Assembly: GCF_037042905.1 (NCBI RefSeq)
Contig: NC_087245.1
Location: forward strand, 24,306,001 to 24,370,000
Origin: Lytechinus pictus
Lineage: Eukaryota
Direction of reading: 5' to 3'
Length of the DNA stretch: 64,000 nucleotides
The notes below the pieces were generated by a model that worked only from the letters and a program-made list of their open reading frames with translations, did not search any database and was not told where the DNA came from. Below, one piece after another: positions 46,301 through 58,975 of this stretch (its first letter is position 1; the number at the start of each line of letters is the position of its first letter). The position numbers and the translations under genes are program-made.

Positions 46301-49300
46301 CGAAGAAAGATAAATCAATATAAAAGTCATCTCAGTATCATAACATTTTGATATCATGGTAGTGATGCTTACATGATTTCTGTTTTCCGTGCTCCTTGGT
46401 GTTTGATGTATGGGATCCAGCTCTCCGTAGCATTGGTTGAGAAAGGAAGCCAGTCATCCTCTCCTTCTATGTTACACGAAGGGAGCTTGGGACCATATTG
46501 GTGATTGTAGAACATTTCACCACATCTCAAGCCATCAGGGCACCTCAGTGATTCTATATCGATATCATCAGATAAATACACCAATGTACCTACCAAAAAT
46601 ACAGGGTCAATCTATTTCATGGTTCGAAGTTTAAAATCGAAGGCAATATGTCACCTTTTAACAATTATGACTCTGATTCTCTTTTAGTTAGGCGCGGTGT
46701 CCCTGAAGGTTCCATTTTAGGCCCACTTTTATTTTTACTCTATGTGAATGGCATTATCAAAACTCTTTTTTTTCTTATTTGGTAATGACACAAACATATT
46801 TTACTCTCACAAAGACCATAATCATTAAACAAAATAGTGAGCAAACAGATGAAACGTGGCGACATGAAGGTGATCAGACATGTTTATAATACATAATATA
46901 CACTAAGAAATCCCGGTGCAAATGGGGTGTACGATACGTGGGTACACCGCTTAATACCATCGAGGTGCAAGTTAGCTCTTATGCGAGAGTACGTGTCTGT
47001 TGTACACCCATGCACTCTTTTCGTGCACCCCATCAGTCTCGCTGATAGCCAAATGGTATAGATAAAGTTGATTTGTGATCGAAGATTACCCGAAATAACA
47101 ATGCACTTACGCCACACTTTACCGAAGTGAAATAATTTTTTAGAATATTTAATATCTATGTGATGATAATTGATTCCAAAACACATCTGATAACGTATAC
47201 TTTTGGAGAATCAGTAAATAGAGCTACTTGAATCACAACTATCAGCACAAGTCCCACTCTATATTTTGGTGTTAATTGTTTCTGATGTTAGATATTTTGT
47301 ATTTTGTATTTTTGATGTTGTTTGTTGTTGTTGTTCATAGTTATCTTGACATGTATTTTAAACTGCAGGGCGCCTTTGTAAAGCAGTTTTAAGAACTGAA
47401 CAGGCCTACCCTGCAGTATAAAATAAATAAAACAAAATAAATAAATAAATAAATAAGTCAAAAAAATATCGGATCATGTCGCTGGAGGCCTCATCAGGCT
47501 TCAGCGCTTATCGCTGGCATAGCGGGAAGAATCTTGACTATACATAAAACGAGGTGAGTTCGAATCCCAATTGAGGTAACTAAAAAATCGATACAGAAAG
47601 TGAATGGACCGGAAGTCTCAATAATCATTTTGCTATTTTGGGTGGGGGTACACTATGCACACTAAGGGGTAGACGTGTACACCCTCTAAGGTGCAGATGG
47701 TCACCCCAAACAGGAGTGGACACTGTACACCCCTATTCGGTGTGTACGTGTGCACCGCTAGGGGTACTCGTATAGGGACAAGCCTGTGCACCCCGAGGGG
47801 TGTAAAATTGAACAAGAATTTCTTAGTGTGTAGGCTACAAGTAGATAAAACATAAATGAAAACATGTCTGACTTTGAAAACTATCAAAGAAGGATCTAAC
47901 CTTGGTCATAAAATGTTGTGTGGAGAGGAAAAAAATATGTACAACAGAGTGTTTAAAGTTTGAAAGAAATCGAATCAAGCAAGAAGAAAGTTATGTCCGT
48001 TTAGAATTAAAACGGATCCTAAAACTATGTAAATTTCAAATTGGCAACTGCGTGAGTAAATTATGACGACTTGTAGGTTCAACTTTCTCATAGGTCATCT
48101 ACATAATTATCAGGGATTATTTGGATTGCAAACAGTTTTTTGCAACTTTTGCAAATTCATGAAATTTCTTTGTTTGCCCGATATTGTTCAAATTTTCACA
48201 TAATCTACTTGTCTGATTTTGTAAAATAACATTGGTAGTAAGTTCGATATTAAATGGGGGTTGTAACTGAAGAGTACATACCGCATCGTTCTTCATCGTC
48301 TCCTTCAGGGCAATCTTTAAATCCATCGCACTGAAAGTCACCTAATATGCATAAACCATCAGTATTCCTGCATTTATAATCACTTTCTTGACATTCTGAA
48401 ATGAAATGTTAAAGAAACTGAATGAATGCCGTTGGTAGTTCCATGGTCGAATCGGTTAATCCTCCCTAAGTTTGTTTGCTTGCTTGATTGTTTTTTTTTT
48501 GCTCAACACTGATTTAGCCCCGTGAGTACAATAATAGAAAATCACTGAGTGCTATTTCAGTTCTGGGGTATTTTCTTTAGATTCCAGTTTAAAATTAATT
48601 TATGAAATACAACCGAAATCTTATTTTGCCAATAAGCAAATAAACGAATGCATGAATGAACAAAAAGATATATCTATCAAAACTTCGATTTCGTAACGGC
48701 ATGTGTCCCAGCGTAACCATACTGAATTTAGACATAATGTAGACAGACTATGTTTAACCGATTTTCTTTTTGTTAAAAAGATGAACGCTATGTTTATGAC
48801 ACCACTAGAAACATGTCATTTTTATCACCTAAAAGCGTTAAACGGATGATAATTCATGCTCCAATTTTGCAACATCAAGCGTGATGGCATCAAACTCGTC
48901 TTAGTCATGTCAGTCTGTTAAGTACAAACGATTTAGATTTAGATATTATTTCCTCCATTTCCGTCAAAAATATAAACAATCATTGCGAAGTCAAATATTA
49001 CCAGAATTTTCAATCAAACATAAAAGTAAAATAATACAAATAATATTGAATAACTAAATTATGGATTGAATTTAAAATTTAAATTGATCTAATAATATAA
49101 TAATCATTTATAATATAATATAATCTATGGTCCTTTCTTGAATGCACAATGCATGGGGGAAAATCAGGTCAGTGTGTGGGACCTAATATGCCAGAAAATG
49201 GAAAAAGATATCGTATTTGTCACGAGTGTCTGAACAATAATCACCAGTACCTTTAACATGGCACCGTTCTTCGTATTTGAATAGGCCTTTTAATTTTGTA

Positions 49301-49773
49301 TTCAATACTAATCTTACCTCCGCATCCTGTTTCGTCTGAGAAATCATGACAATCAATCACGTGATCACATCGAGCCAATGATGATACAGACTGCAGACCG
49401 GATGTACATAGGAAATCATCTGATACTGCGCAATGAGTACCAGAGGAGTTGCCTGTTTGTAGAAAAGAAATAAGGTTGTATTTATGTAATTGCGAAATAA
49501 TAATGATGGCACTATCACCTAGAAAACTTGGGATCAGTTCAGTCGGTAGCCTATAAAGTTCCACGGCTGAACAGGTTCTTGATTTATGACAATCTGATCT
49601 ATTTTTGCCCTCATCCAAAGCTGTGTACGTCCACGCTTGAGAGTAACAACATGAAAAGACATACAATCAACTATAAAATTGATTACATATAGAATGATAG
49701 AATAGTAGTAATGGCGAATATATTTATCCTTTTCAAAGTAGTATATATTGCCCCGCATACATATATTTATACC

Positions 49774-49812
<39 letters not shown>

Positions 49813-52800
49813 CATGTGTGTGTGGGTGGGTGAGGGGTGTGATGGTGGGTGCGTGTGAATGAATGTGTGTGTGTATTATTGTCATATTGGGTGTTTCTAC
49901 TCAAATGGACGACGCCGTTCTCAGTTTCAATCCAACTGACAAATTAGTTGAATTATTAAGGACCACCTCTTTCAGTACATTTTAAGAATACAATATAATT
50001 TATGAAGGTTGAAAATTAATAAAAAGAACACTGGTTCCCGAGACTTTTGTCCAAGACCAGACACAGTTGGAAATTAATAAACTCAACTAACATACTTAAA
50101 GGGCTTTTAGGATGTTGTTTTTGTCCTAGAGAATTGCAATCTAAGGATCAAAATCAAATTTCTTGAAAATATTTGCTTTCTATAAATTTGCTCTTCGAAA
50201 TATCATTACTTTGCCTTTCCTTGCCGAAAATAATATAGCCGGCGAAAGCGCATGGGTATTCTTTATCTTTGTCAAGACCTAAATTCCCCTAAAAATTATA
50301 TAAAGTAACGTTAATTTCCGGCCACGCAATATTCAGCAATGTCACAACCATGGCAATACAATGTTTAAGAAATCGCATAAAAAACGTTGACGTTTTACAC
50401 AATGAGTGAGAGCCTTTCCCAGTCGCCATAGTCAAATATCAGATCACAATTGTAGGTTCAATTATGCAGTATATTTAATATATATAAGCTAATAGCTATA
50501 TCCCCTCTCTCTCTCTCTCTCTCTCTCCCTCTCTCTCCCCAGCCCGAAAGGTTGGAAAGGCATGGCTAACTTTGTATTATTCATTTTATTTCCAGGCAAG
50601 TTAATAACAAGCATGAGAAATTGAAAATTTTGTCTCCACATTGGCTGGTGCCTACATAGAATAATCTAAAATAGATTTAAATTTAAACATGTAATTATAA
50701 TGAAATGCAACTAATGCAACTTTTCCTAAAGAAAATCATAGTTCTAATTATTGATTTGATAAAACATTCTGAAATATTGTTAAAATGAAATATGAATATA
50801 TACAAATTGTTTTACTATTGTCCATGATGTAGAGTTTCTTCAGGGGAGTGTTTCATGAAAGAAAATATTGTCGGATGTTTTATCCGACAAAGTCTGATTC
50901 ACTCGACATTTGCCATGGTAACAGTACTTCTCGGCCGATAAGATAACAAATGTCGATGAAACGCTCTCTTGGGCCTCGTATAACACAAGGGTTAGCAATT
51001 AATATTGCTTGATAAAATCGCCTATCAATATCTTAGTTGCATGCGCATTTTGCTCTGTAAATAGACTGAGGATTTAATCAGAATTGTTCTTTCAATTCAG
51101 CGACCAAACGCTACTCTTTGTTTTAAGGTGCCCTGATCGCCTTGTTCTTTCATCTATCTAGTTATGAGAATGAATACTTAGGAGACTTTTATCGACCTAC
51201 CCGCAATAGGAAATGATCGTGCGTTGATAGCGAATCCCCGGTGCTGTACCATCAAATCAGAACAAAAGTTCAAGCTTACTGTACCGGTCGGCAGTTGAAG
51301 GTATTTCACATGACTGTTCTTCAAACGAAATGAGATAGCATTGTGGCTCAGAGCAGACTGGTAAGTGACCGTGAGGGCGTCCCATGGGTGTTCAATCTCT
51401 AAAACGTTCACCTGCAAAACAACCTAATAGAAGAATCATAATTTAAACGTGACATAAAGTTGTGAGCATAATTTTTCTGTCGTTAAAAAGGGTATACACA
51501 AATCGCATTAAGTTGGGTAAAATTTATTTTAATTCCAGATCAAAACATTTTATTGTTAGCTTTGAAAACATACTTTTTTAATTTTATGTCATTTTAACCT
51601 CTTTAGCTCTTCTAATAACCAAAGATAATGCCCACTGTCTTGTTGACTGAAAAACCGAAACTTTGTAAAATGGAATATAGCTAATAGTCTTTTTAGAAAA
51701 ATATTTACGGCTTTCGAGGGTACTAGATTTATGTCATTTTCCAAGAGTTATCTTCATTTTTTTAGAACAGTTCTTCACGAACGAATAAATAAATAAATGA
51801 TTATAGAGTTGAAAAAAGTACGCAAACTGTATGCATTATTTTTTTTTGTCAAACACACATGTCAACATTTCACAATCTCAGTTATATCGCCTCTGGAAGC
51901 TACAAAATAATGCTACCCGTAGATAAGAGAAATCACATAACCCCTATACGCATATATCTGCACTGGTTACCGGTTGTACATCGCATATAGTTTGAAATTG
52001 CTCTTGCTAGTTTTTTTATTCATTACACGGAACTGCACCTCATTACAACTGTGACTTGCAATCCCTCTCGTAACCTTGGTCGGCTAGCTTATCCTTACTT
52101 GCTGTATACCATGCACAATTCATATAGGGGGTCGGTCATTCCAATATGCTGTGCCATTCCTATGAGGAAGCCGTCGGTCCTCTGGTTGCGTACTTACAAG
52201 CATTCATGCTTTCTTAGCAGTCAGGTTTAAAAAAATCAACACCGCCAACTTAATTGAATAAACTTTCAAAAGACATCCGCAATATTTATTGTCTCGCCAC
52301 TTTCAAAAATTCACTGAAAACCTAATTATTCACACAAGCTTTTAAGCAATTATGATTCTTCCCCCTTCTTGATTAGGGTTCCTTTTTTTATTCTTTCTTT
52401 ACAGCGCCATGAGCATCTTTTTTAATGATGGATACCGGCACTTTACAAATGTCTAATTATTATTATTATTTAACGTATAAAAGGGGAAATTCCGACTTAC
52501 TACGACGGAATACATGCAAGCGTCACACTTACATGAATTGTCTATCTTCATTAGATGTGAAATTCTCCAGTCTGGCAGTCTCAGTTCTACCCATTAATGT
52601 TTTGCAATACATTACGCAGAAGTCGCGAGCGCCTTTTTGAGAACGACTATCTTTTTAAGACAAGCATGAAAGTTTGCAGCAGCAAAATTAAGTTCTGCAG
52701 GTTCAAGCAGATTTTACAGAACTGAATTGATAATTGCAAATTTAATCTCAGTTCAGAAGACATTTATGCAGATTCATTTTTATTTCATTTATTTCTTACC

Positions 52801-54395
52801 TGTTTCTTTTTCCTTTTTGTGCGTTTTTTTTTCATTTACCTTTTCTCATTTTTTATGATCTTGAAGAATTATTGTTTAAACACGAAGTTTTCAAATGAAA
52901 GCATTTAATTGTGCAAAAGTCAATTTTTGCACAATATTCAACAGTCATACATACAATAAAAAAGAATGTTTTTGAATCGATCAGAGTGTATCAATTGATG
53001 ACAGTGATCTTGTCAAGGCGCGTTCCCGTTATTAACTAATTTTTCGCCCCCAAAACTGGCTTTCTAGGTTAAGTGTAATCAAGAAAATATGCAGTTTGAG
53101 TTATTGATCCCTAAATTTAGGCCTATATGAAAGGTAGAAAACATACCTGTTCATCCTCTGGTATATCAATAGTCCACTGTTTGTAAGTGTTGGGTGGGTA
53201 TGCATCTGGGTATTCCGGAGATACCATAGTCACAATGTGAGCTCCGTCTTGAAAGCACTCGCATGGTTCACCAAGCACTTCTGGCGACATGGATGTGTGT
53301 AAAAGGGAGTAAGAAATACAAAAATGAAAAAAAAATGACAGTGAAATTCCGAAATGTTAGAAACAGAATTAGAAATCCTCCGAAACTTCATTTTGCCCCA
53401 ATTGATCATGGGCCAGGCAGCCACTGAACAGCGCCAGATCGACGTTGCTCTATCCCTTAAACCGCTGAACGCCGGACAAGGCAGAAGCAATTCAATATTT
53501 TGGTTTGACGCGGCAGGAGCTTGAACTCCCGACCTCCCGATTGGGAGACGGACACTCTACCAACCAGGGGCATATCCAGGATTTTCCAAAAGGGGGGGGG
53601 GTATGGGGCCATTTTTCCGAGGAAAATTTGACAAGCAAAAAAAAGTCTTCACTTTCAAAGGGGGGGGGGGGCACACTTCTGTTCCAACAGCATTTTTACA
53701 TATTACAAATTTCAATTTTCCTTCTAAAAGGGGGGCATGGGGCGGCTGTGCCCCCCCCCCCAATCCGCCAGTGCTACCAACTAAGCCAAAATACCGTTTT
53801 AACTCAAGTTCGGTCATCTGAAAATCACAGCGGTTACTAAAAGATTTATATGCACAGAACTGCCCGAATCTTATCTTCTTTTATTGAGCCATGGTGGAGA
53901 GAGATTAGATGTTGAGTGTATAGCGAAAGTGCCCAATGAATTTTTTTTGCCACATTAACCCCGGTCAAATCGAGGCAATAAAGACAAAATTCCGTATATT
54001 GAGTTATTTAATATTACCAATTACATACCATCCGTCGAGTTTTTGTGCACAGTATTAAAAAAAAACGCTGTTTAAAATTTAAACAGTGCTGATTACAATA
54101 CGAACGTTGCAGTAGGCTTACACTTTAAAAAATATATAATGCTAATTCAGCACTTACGGAGCCTGTATAGTGACTGCACTTCAGAGTGCTAAATTATAAT
54201 GCAAATTTGAACTAATATGTATATAAATATATATATATATATAACGAGAGAGGCGTGGATATATGTACCAATCGCTTTGATCATTGTTTATAATATATGT
54301 GTGAAGAGTAGAGTAGAATCAAGGATGAAGCAAAGTATACACTATGTTGTAAAGCTTTCGGCCCTGGCCTTCTTCGGTTTTTATTTGCTAAACAA

Positions 54396-54457
<62 letters not shown>

Positions 54458-57400
54458 AACATATATTCATACATTGGTCAGTTCGGTCTACTACCGTCGG
54501 TTTCACGCTTTCGGCTATCTTCAGGCAGACTGGTGATTTGACGACTCGGTTGTGTATATACATACATATATATATAAAACACGACCGGTCATAATAAAAC
54601 AATTCGCTATGCGAGTGTGAATAATTTTCAATATTAAGACGTTAAGACGGAATATTGGTTGTTGTTTTTGTAATTATAAACATGATGCGTATCTAACTAA
54701 ACAATATAAGTGCGAGCGCTATAAAAGAGCGATCTGAAAATTATTGATATTCAGACCTAAAAAACATTTTAAAAAAATTATAGAGAGGATATATCTCAGT
54801 AAATAAGTCGACCTAATGCGAGGGCGAAGTGCGAGCTGGTTTTTTTTGTCTCACCTGCATAGCAGAGTGAGACTATAGGCGCCGCTTTTCCGACGGCGAC
54901 GGCGGCGGCGGCGTCAACACCAAATCTTAACCTGAGGTTAAGTTTTTGAAATGACAGCATAACTTAGAAAGTATATGGACCTAGTTCATGAAACTTGGCC
55001 ATAAGGTTAATCAAGTATTACTGAACATCCTGCCTGAGTTTCATGTCACATGACCAAGGTCAAAGGTCATTTAGGGTCAATGAACTTAGACCATGTTGGG
55101 GGAATCAACATCAAAATCTTAACCTAAGGTTAAGTTTTTGAAATGTCATCATAACTTAGAAAATATATGGACCTAGTTCATGAAACTTATACATAAGGTT
55201 AATCAAGTATCACTGAACATCCTGCATGAGTTTCACGTCACATGACCAAGGTCAAAGGTCATTTAGGGTCAATGAACTTTGGCCGAATTGGGGGTATCTG
55301 TTGAATTACCATCATAACTTTGAAAGTTTATGGATCTGATTCATGAAACTTGGACATAATAGTAATCAAGTATTACTGAACATCCTGTGCAAGTTTCAGG
55401 TCACATGATCAAGGTCAAAGGTCATTTAGGGTCAATGAACTTTGGCCAAATTGGGGTATTTGTTGAATTACAGCCATAAATTTGAAAGTGTGTTGGTCTA
55501 GTTCATAAAACTTGGACATAATAGTAATCAAGTATCACTGAACAGCCTGTGCGAGTTTCAGGTCACATGCTCAAGGTCAAAGGTCATGTAAGGTCAAAGA
55601 ACTTTGGCCACGTTGGGGGTATTTGTTGAATTGCCATCATATCTCTATAAGTGTATTGGTCTAGTTCATAAAACGTGGAAATAAGAGTAACCAAGTATCA
55701 CTGAACATCTTGTGCGAGTTATAGTAGTTTTCAAAATCAGCACTGCTGCTATATTGAATCGCGTGATGCAGGTGAGACGGCCAGAGGCATTCCACTTGTT
55801 TATATTAAGATCTTAAGACTGAATATTCTAAGTGCTCTTAGTAATCATTATGATACATAATAACAATGCGAGCGCGGCGCGAGCTGCAAATTATTGATAT
55901 ATAGACCTGCAGTCGGGACATTTTAGGGAGAAGTAATCCATCGATGCGTAACTAACTAAGCAATTAATGCAAGAAGGAGGGGTGAGCTGAAATTTTTAAT
56001 ATATACTTATTTAAAAAGGAAAATTTTTAAGGCCTATTTGTAGGAAAAGGATACATATCTCATCAGTGTAATGCGAGCGCGAAGCGCGATATGATTTTTT
56101 TAATGTATATCCTCTTTTGAAAAAGGACATTCTAATGATTGAAATGAAAAGAATCAATCAATCATAAATGGATACATAAAATATAACACTTTTTTTGTAA
56201 GCAGTCCTATATACTTCAAGGTTCCGATCTGCCTGCTTATTACCAGAGAATTACTAACAATTTCCTCATTCTCTGTACACTTTCAGTTCATTATGCAGGT
56301 ACACTTTAGTCAATTCTAATTGGTAATAATAACATTTTCATGGGCCCGCTGGGAGAACATTTTTCAGAACTAAAGTGGCTACCCTAGATAAATATGACGT
56401 TATTACTATTATTATTATTATCATTGGTTCTTAATTCGTTGCCTCTTCAAAAATTATTCAATAATGTATTTCAATGATAGATTTCATGACCATTTGAATG
56501 ATCAAAAGTGAATTTATCTCTTATTTAACATGCTTAAAATTATTTATGACTCTTTTGGCTTACTGTTCTTTAATTTCCTCAAAATAATGTAGTATGTTTT
56601 TTTTGCCAAATAAGGGATCGGAACTTTGACAATGGCCTGACATGGTGCATGGGGCAAAATTTATGAAAAGCAGCAAGTGAGCGAAGCGAGCGAGTAAAAA
56701 AACCTTTTTTTAAATATAGAAATCTATTTGTTAATAGATTTTGACATAATATTCAGAAAATGGTAACATATTCTACTCTATTTTCTGTAATTTCCTTTTT
56801 TTTCGTCCTTTTTTTCTTAGTCATGAAAATTTCGGGAGGTCCATGGCCCAAAGGTCCAATGTACGTCAATGGAACAGACATTAGTGATATTAAAGAAAAA
56901 TAAAGTAGGGCCCATGATAGAAACCTGGTGGAAAGTGCACTTAAAATGCATTATGCTAGAATTAAAGGCCTTATAAAAAAAAACCACTGAACTATGATTT
57001 TGATAATGTTCACATTGAAGAGGAAAAAAGCAGTAAGAAAAATAAATTCGTGCACGCAAGTTCAAGATATCCGTGACTAAGTAAAAAAAACAATAATTTC
57101 CTGGGGATATTGGACAATTATAACACGTATTAGTGTATGTGTAAAATTTAAAATGTTGTTTGCAGTCACTTTGTATTTCACTCTTTTCTGGGTTTCAATT
57201 TTATAAAATATCATAGACACAGGTGACAATTCGGACCTTTCAGCTCAATTTTTTTTAAAGTAAAATCAGTGCTTACCCATGCCTTTAAACGGAAGTAATT
57301 TTGGAATATATACCATGCTGTTTTATTAATCAACACGAATGCTGAGCCTCAAACACCATTGTGAAGATCTTTTATTATTTTTTTTTTTTGGGGGGGGGGT

Positions 57401-58975
57401 ATTGAGCGAGTCGAATGCATTACTATTAAACATGTTAAAAAAAATTAATGTATCTGTAATAAGAATGACCTTTCCTAAATCATATTGATTGGATACACAT
57501 GAAACGCTGATTAATTAATCTCTATACAAAACTTTTTACCGTAATTAAGTTTACAGTAGTTGTTTAAAATCTTATGCAACTATGTAATTTTCTTTATATA
57601 TTTAATCTACAGCGGTTTAACTAGCAAAGTTCACACAGTGAAGGGCCTTGTATGATATTTTAAACAGCGTTTACCGTGTAGAACCGATTCGCCCAAGTTG
57701 TTGACGTGCTACGAAGTTTACAGGATTAGGACAAACAATTGTGATTTCGTGTGGGTGCACTCCGTGTGGAAAATAGTAATACATTTTGAAATCATTAGCA
57801 ATTCGGAATGGAAATCCACAACTCTATAAGATTAAGTGGAAAGGTACATGTATACATTTGATCAGCAGAATTCATTATACGACGGTTTGGCATGGGAAAG
57901 GTTGTTACCGAATTCCTTGCACAACACCCTAGAAGAAAACACGGTGCAACTAAGAAATGCAACACTGGTAGGCTACTTTTGGGGATCAACTTTGCACCCG
58001 GTGAAGATTTTGGCTGCAGTGCTCGGTTTCTAATGTAGATTTACCTCTGGGGAAGGTGGAAATTTGCACCATTTGAACGCAACGATCGAAGCATCCTACC
58101 TAGTGCAAAGAATTTCCTTTTTTAAAGGACAAGTCCACCCCAACAAAAAGTTGATTCGAATAAACAGAGAAAAATACATCAAGCATAACACTGAAAAATT
58201 CATCAAAATCGGTTGTAAAATAAGAAAGTTATGACATTTTAAAGTTTCGCTTAATTTCACAAAACAGTTATATGCACATCCTGGTCGGTATGCAAATGAG
58301 GAGACCGATGACGTCATCCACTCAATAATTTATTTTGTACTTTATTATATGAAATATAAAATATTCTAATTTTCTCCTCATTGTCAAGGGAAACAACAAT
58401 TAATTCCTCCCTGAACATGTGGAATTAGCATTATTTAATATCATTGGGTTCAGTCAAGTTGGTCCTTGTTGTCAAATATGTAAAAAATGAAATATTGTAT
58501 AATTCAAACACTGAGTTGTGCATATCAATGTTTCGGTGAAATATAAGCAAAACTTCAAAATGCCATAATTTTTTATTTTTCATCCGATTTAGATTAAATT
58601 TTCAGCGTTATGTTTGTTTGATTTTTCTCTATTTGATGAAATAAACATTTTCCTGGGGTGGACTTGACCTTTAATGGAATGTAATGGGCATTGCGGGGTG
58701 CAAGCCAGAAAAAAAATTAAAAAAAATTGCACTTTTCTTTTTACTTTGGGACCAAAATTACTTCGAAAAATCATGTACTGCAATTTTGCCTTCAGCTGAC
58801 AAATGTACACCTTTATTTTTAGTGTATAGGCTAAACTTGCAAAACATATAAATGTTAGCTCATTTGGTGAGCAAGAGCGAAAAGAAGGAAACCGTAAAAG
58901 TATATAATGTATATCCTCACCAGAAACAAACAGCAAGAATGCAAAAGTAATGATAACAGATGTTCGATGGATCAT
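30285..58975 (-). CDS. 14-exon CUB-LDLa-LRR G-protein-coupled receptor (GRL101/LGR type C-like), about 799 aa
   Basis: Exons 58975-58921, 53280-53147, 51423-51201, 49452-49318, 48341-48282, 46589-46373, 45007-44936, 42616-42545, 36470-36399, 35802-35728, 33165-33091, 32596-32525, 31927-31850, 31344-30285 sum to 2400 nt in one frame. Confidence 0.85.
31614..31831. mobile_element. hAT-like MITE with 8-bp TSD CACACAAG
   Basis: CACACAAG|CATAGGCGG...CCGCCAATG|CACACAAG. Confidence 0.75.
31850..45007 (-). CDS. Seven phase-2 LRR exons (72-78 nt) of the GPCR
   Basis: For example DISDNQISHLPVGVFDGLERL (42545-42616), FLDENKIHRLDEGCFRDLHNL (36399-36470), NFEDNSLAELRPGTFTDL (35728-35802). Confidence 0.85.
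33480..33850 (+). mobile_element. Degenerate CR1/L2-clade LINE 3' ORF2 fragment
   Basis: HNHYTRSS..FSLRHTGPTIWNSL-type C-terminal motif. Confidence 0.65.
37221..41232. mobile_element. 4.0-kb non-autonomous hAT-like element with 8-bp TSD GGTTCTAT
   Basis: GGTTCTAT|CAGGTGCGGATCCA...TGGATCCGCGCCTG|GGTTCTAT; contains a purine tract and repeated GCTCGCGCTTCGCGCTCGCA motifs. Confidence 0.8.
37285..38020 (+). repeat. Polypurine (GA-rich) low-complexity tract
   Basis: About 735 nt almost entirely A/G; explains the spurious K/E/R and F/S/L ORFs. Confidence 0.95.
41452..41781. mobile_element. hAT-like MITE with 8-bp TSD TAATTAAT
   Basis: TAATTAAT|CATTGGCGGTGGAAG...CTTCCGCCGCCTAAG|TAATTAAT; same family as 31614-31831. 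Confidence 0.75.
43162..44381. mobile_element. Non-autonomous Transib-superfamily element (CACAGTG termini, 5-bp TSD GGACG)
   Basis: GGACG|CACAGTGGGCC...AAAGTGCGCCAAAA and TTTTGGCGCACTTT...GGCCCACTGTG|GGACG. Confidence 0.85.
45065..45862 (+). mobile_element. HINE-like element with internal tandem repeats (family of 996-1858)
   Basis: Same termini and internal TGACCTTTGACC repeats. Confidence 0.65.
46373..49452 (-). CDS. GPCR exons encoding LDLa modules and LRR N-cap
   Basis: CAVSDDFLC...RCDHVIDCHDFSDETGC (49318-49452), FQCDGFKDCPEGDDEERC (48282-48341), RCPDGLRC (46373-46589). Confidence 0.85.
46600..46850 (+). mobile_element. CR1-clade LINE RT fragment
   Basis: GVPEGSILGPLLFLLYVN matches the RT GVPQGS motif. 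Confidence 0.75.
51201..53280 (-). CDS. GPCR exons encoding a CUB domain
   Basis: MVSPEYPDAYPPNTYKQWTI (53147-53280); LNFCSDLMVQHRGFAI (51201-51423). Confidence 0.85.
51940..52350 (+). mobile_element. Degenerate L2/CR1 LINE 3' end with SINE 3' fragment inserted at about 52167-52235
   Basis: PSRNL..., GRSFQYAVP..., NKLSKDIRN..LATFKNSLKT.LFTQAF-like remnants. Confidence 0.6.
53340..53796 (-). mobile_element. tRNA-derived SINE interrupted by a hAT-like MITE (53565-53773, TSD CTACCAAC)
   Basis: Minus strand TGGCTTAGTTGGTAG[insert]AGTGTCCGTCTCCCAATCGGGAGGTCGGGAGTTCAAGCTCC; TSD 53557-53564 and 53774-53781. Confidence 0.75.
54398..54455. repeat. (TA)n microsatellite
   Basis: Direct. Confidence 0.95.
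54486..54530 (-). ncRNA. Candidate minimal type I hammerhead ribozyme (Penelope-like element remnant)
   Basis: Minus strand GUCUGC-CUGAAGA-UAGCCGAAAGCGU-GAAA-CCGACGG-UA-GUAGAC. Confidence 0.5.
54846..55800 (-). mobile_element. Best-preserved copy of HINE-like satellite-bearing element
   Basis: GTCTCACCTGCAT subterminal inverted repeat at both ends, 3' hairpin, GCC microsatellite, several internal units, T-run insertion site. Confidence 0.7.
58126..58670. mobile_element. TTAA-flanked palindromic MITE (Kolobok-like); fragments also at 1-185, about 560-955 and about 18711-19200
   Basis: TTAA|AGGACAAGTCCACCCC...GGGGTGGACTTGACCT|TTAA with long arms. Confidence 0.7.
58921..58975 (-). CDS. GPCR exon 1 (signal peptide MIHRTSVIITFAFLLFVS)
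   Basis: ATG plus 55 nt ending G|gtgagg, phase 1, in frame with the CUB exon. Confidence 0.7.

Noticed and set aside
47480..47510. Hammerhead-like CUGAUGAGGCC on minus strand
   Set aside because: GAAA is replaced by GACA and stems I and III do not pair convincingly
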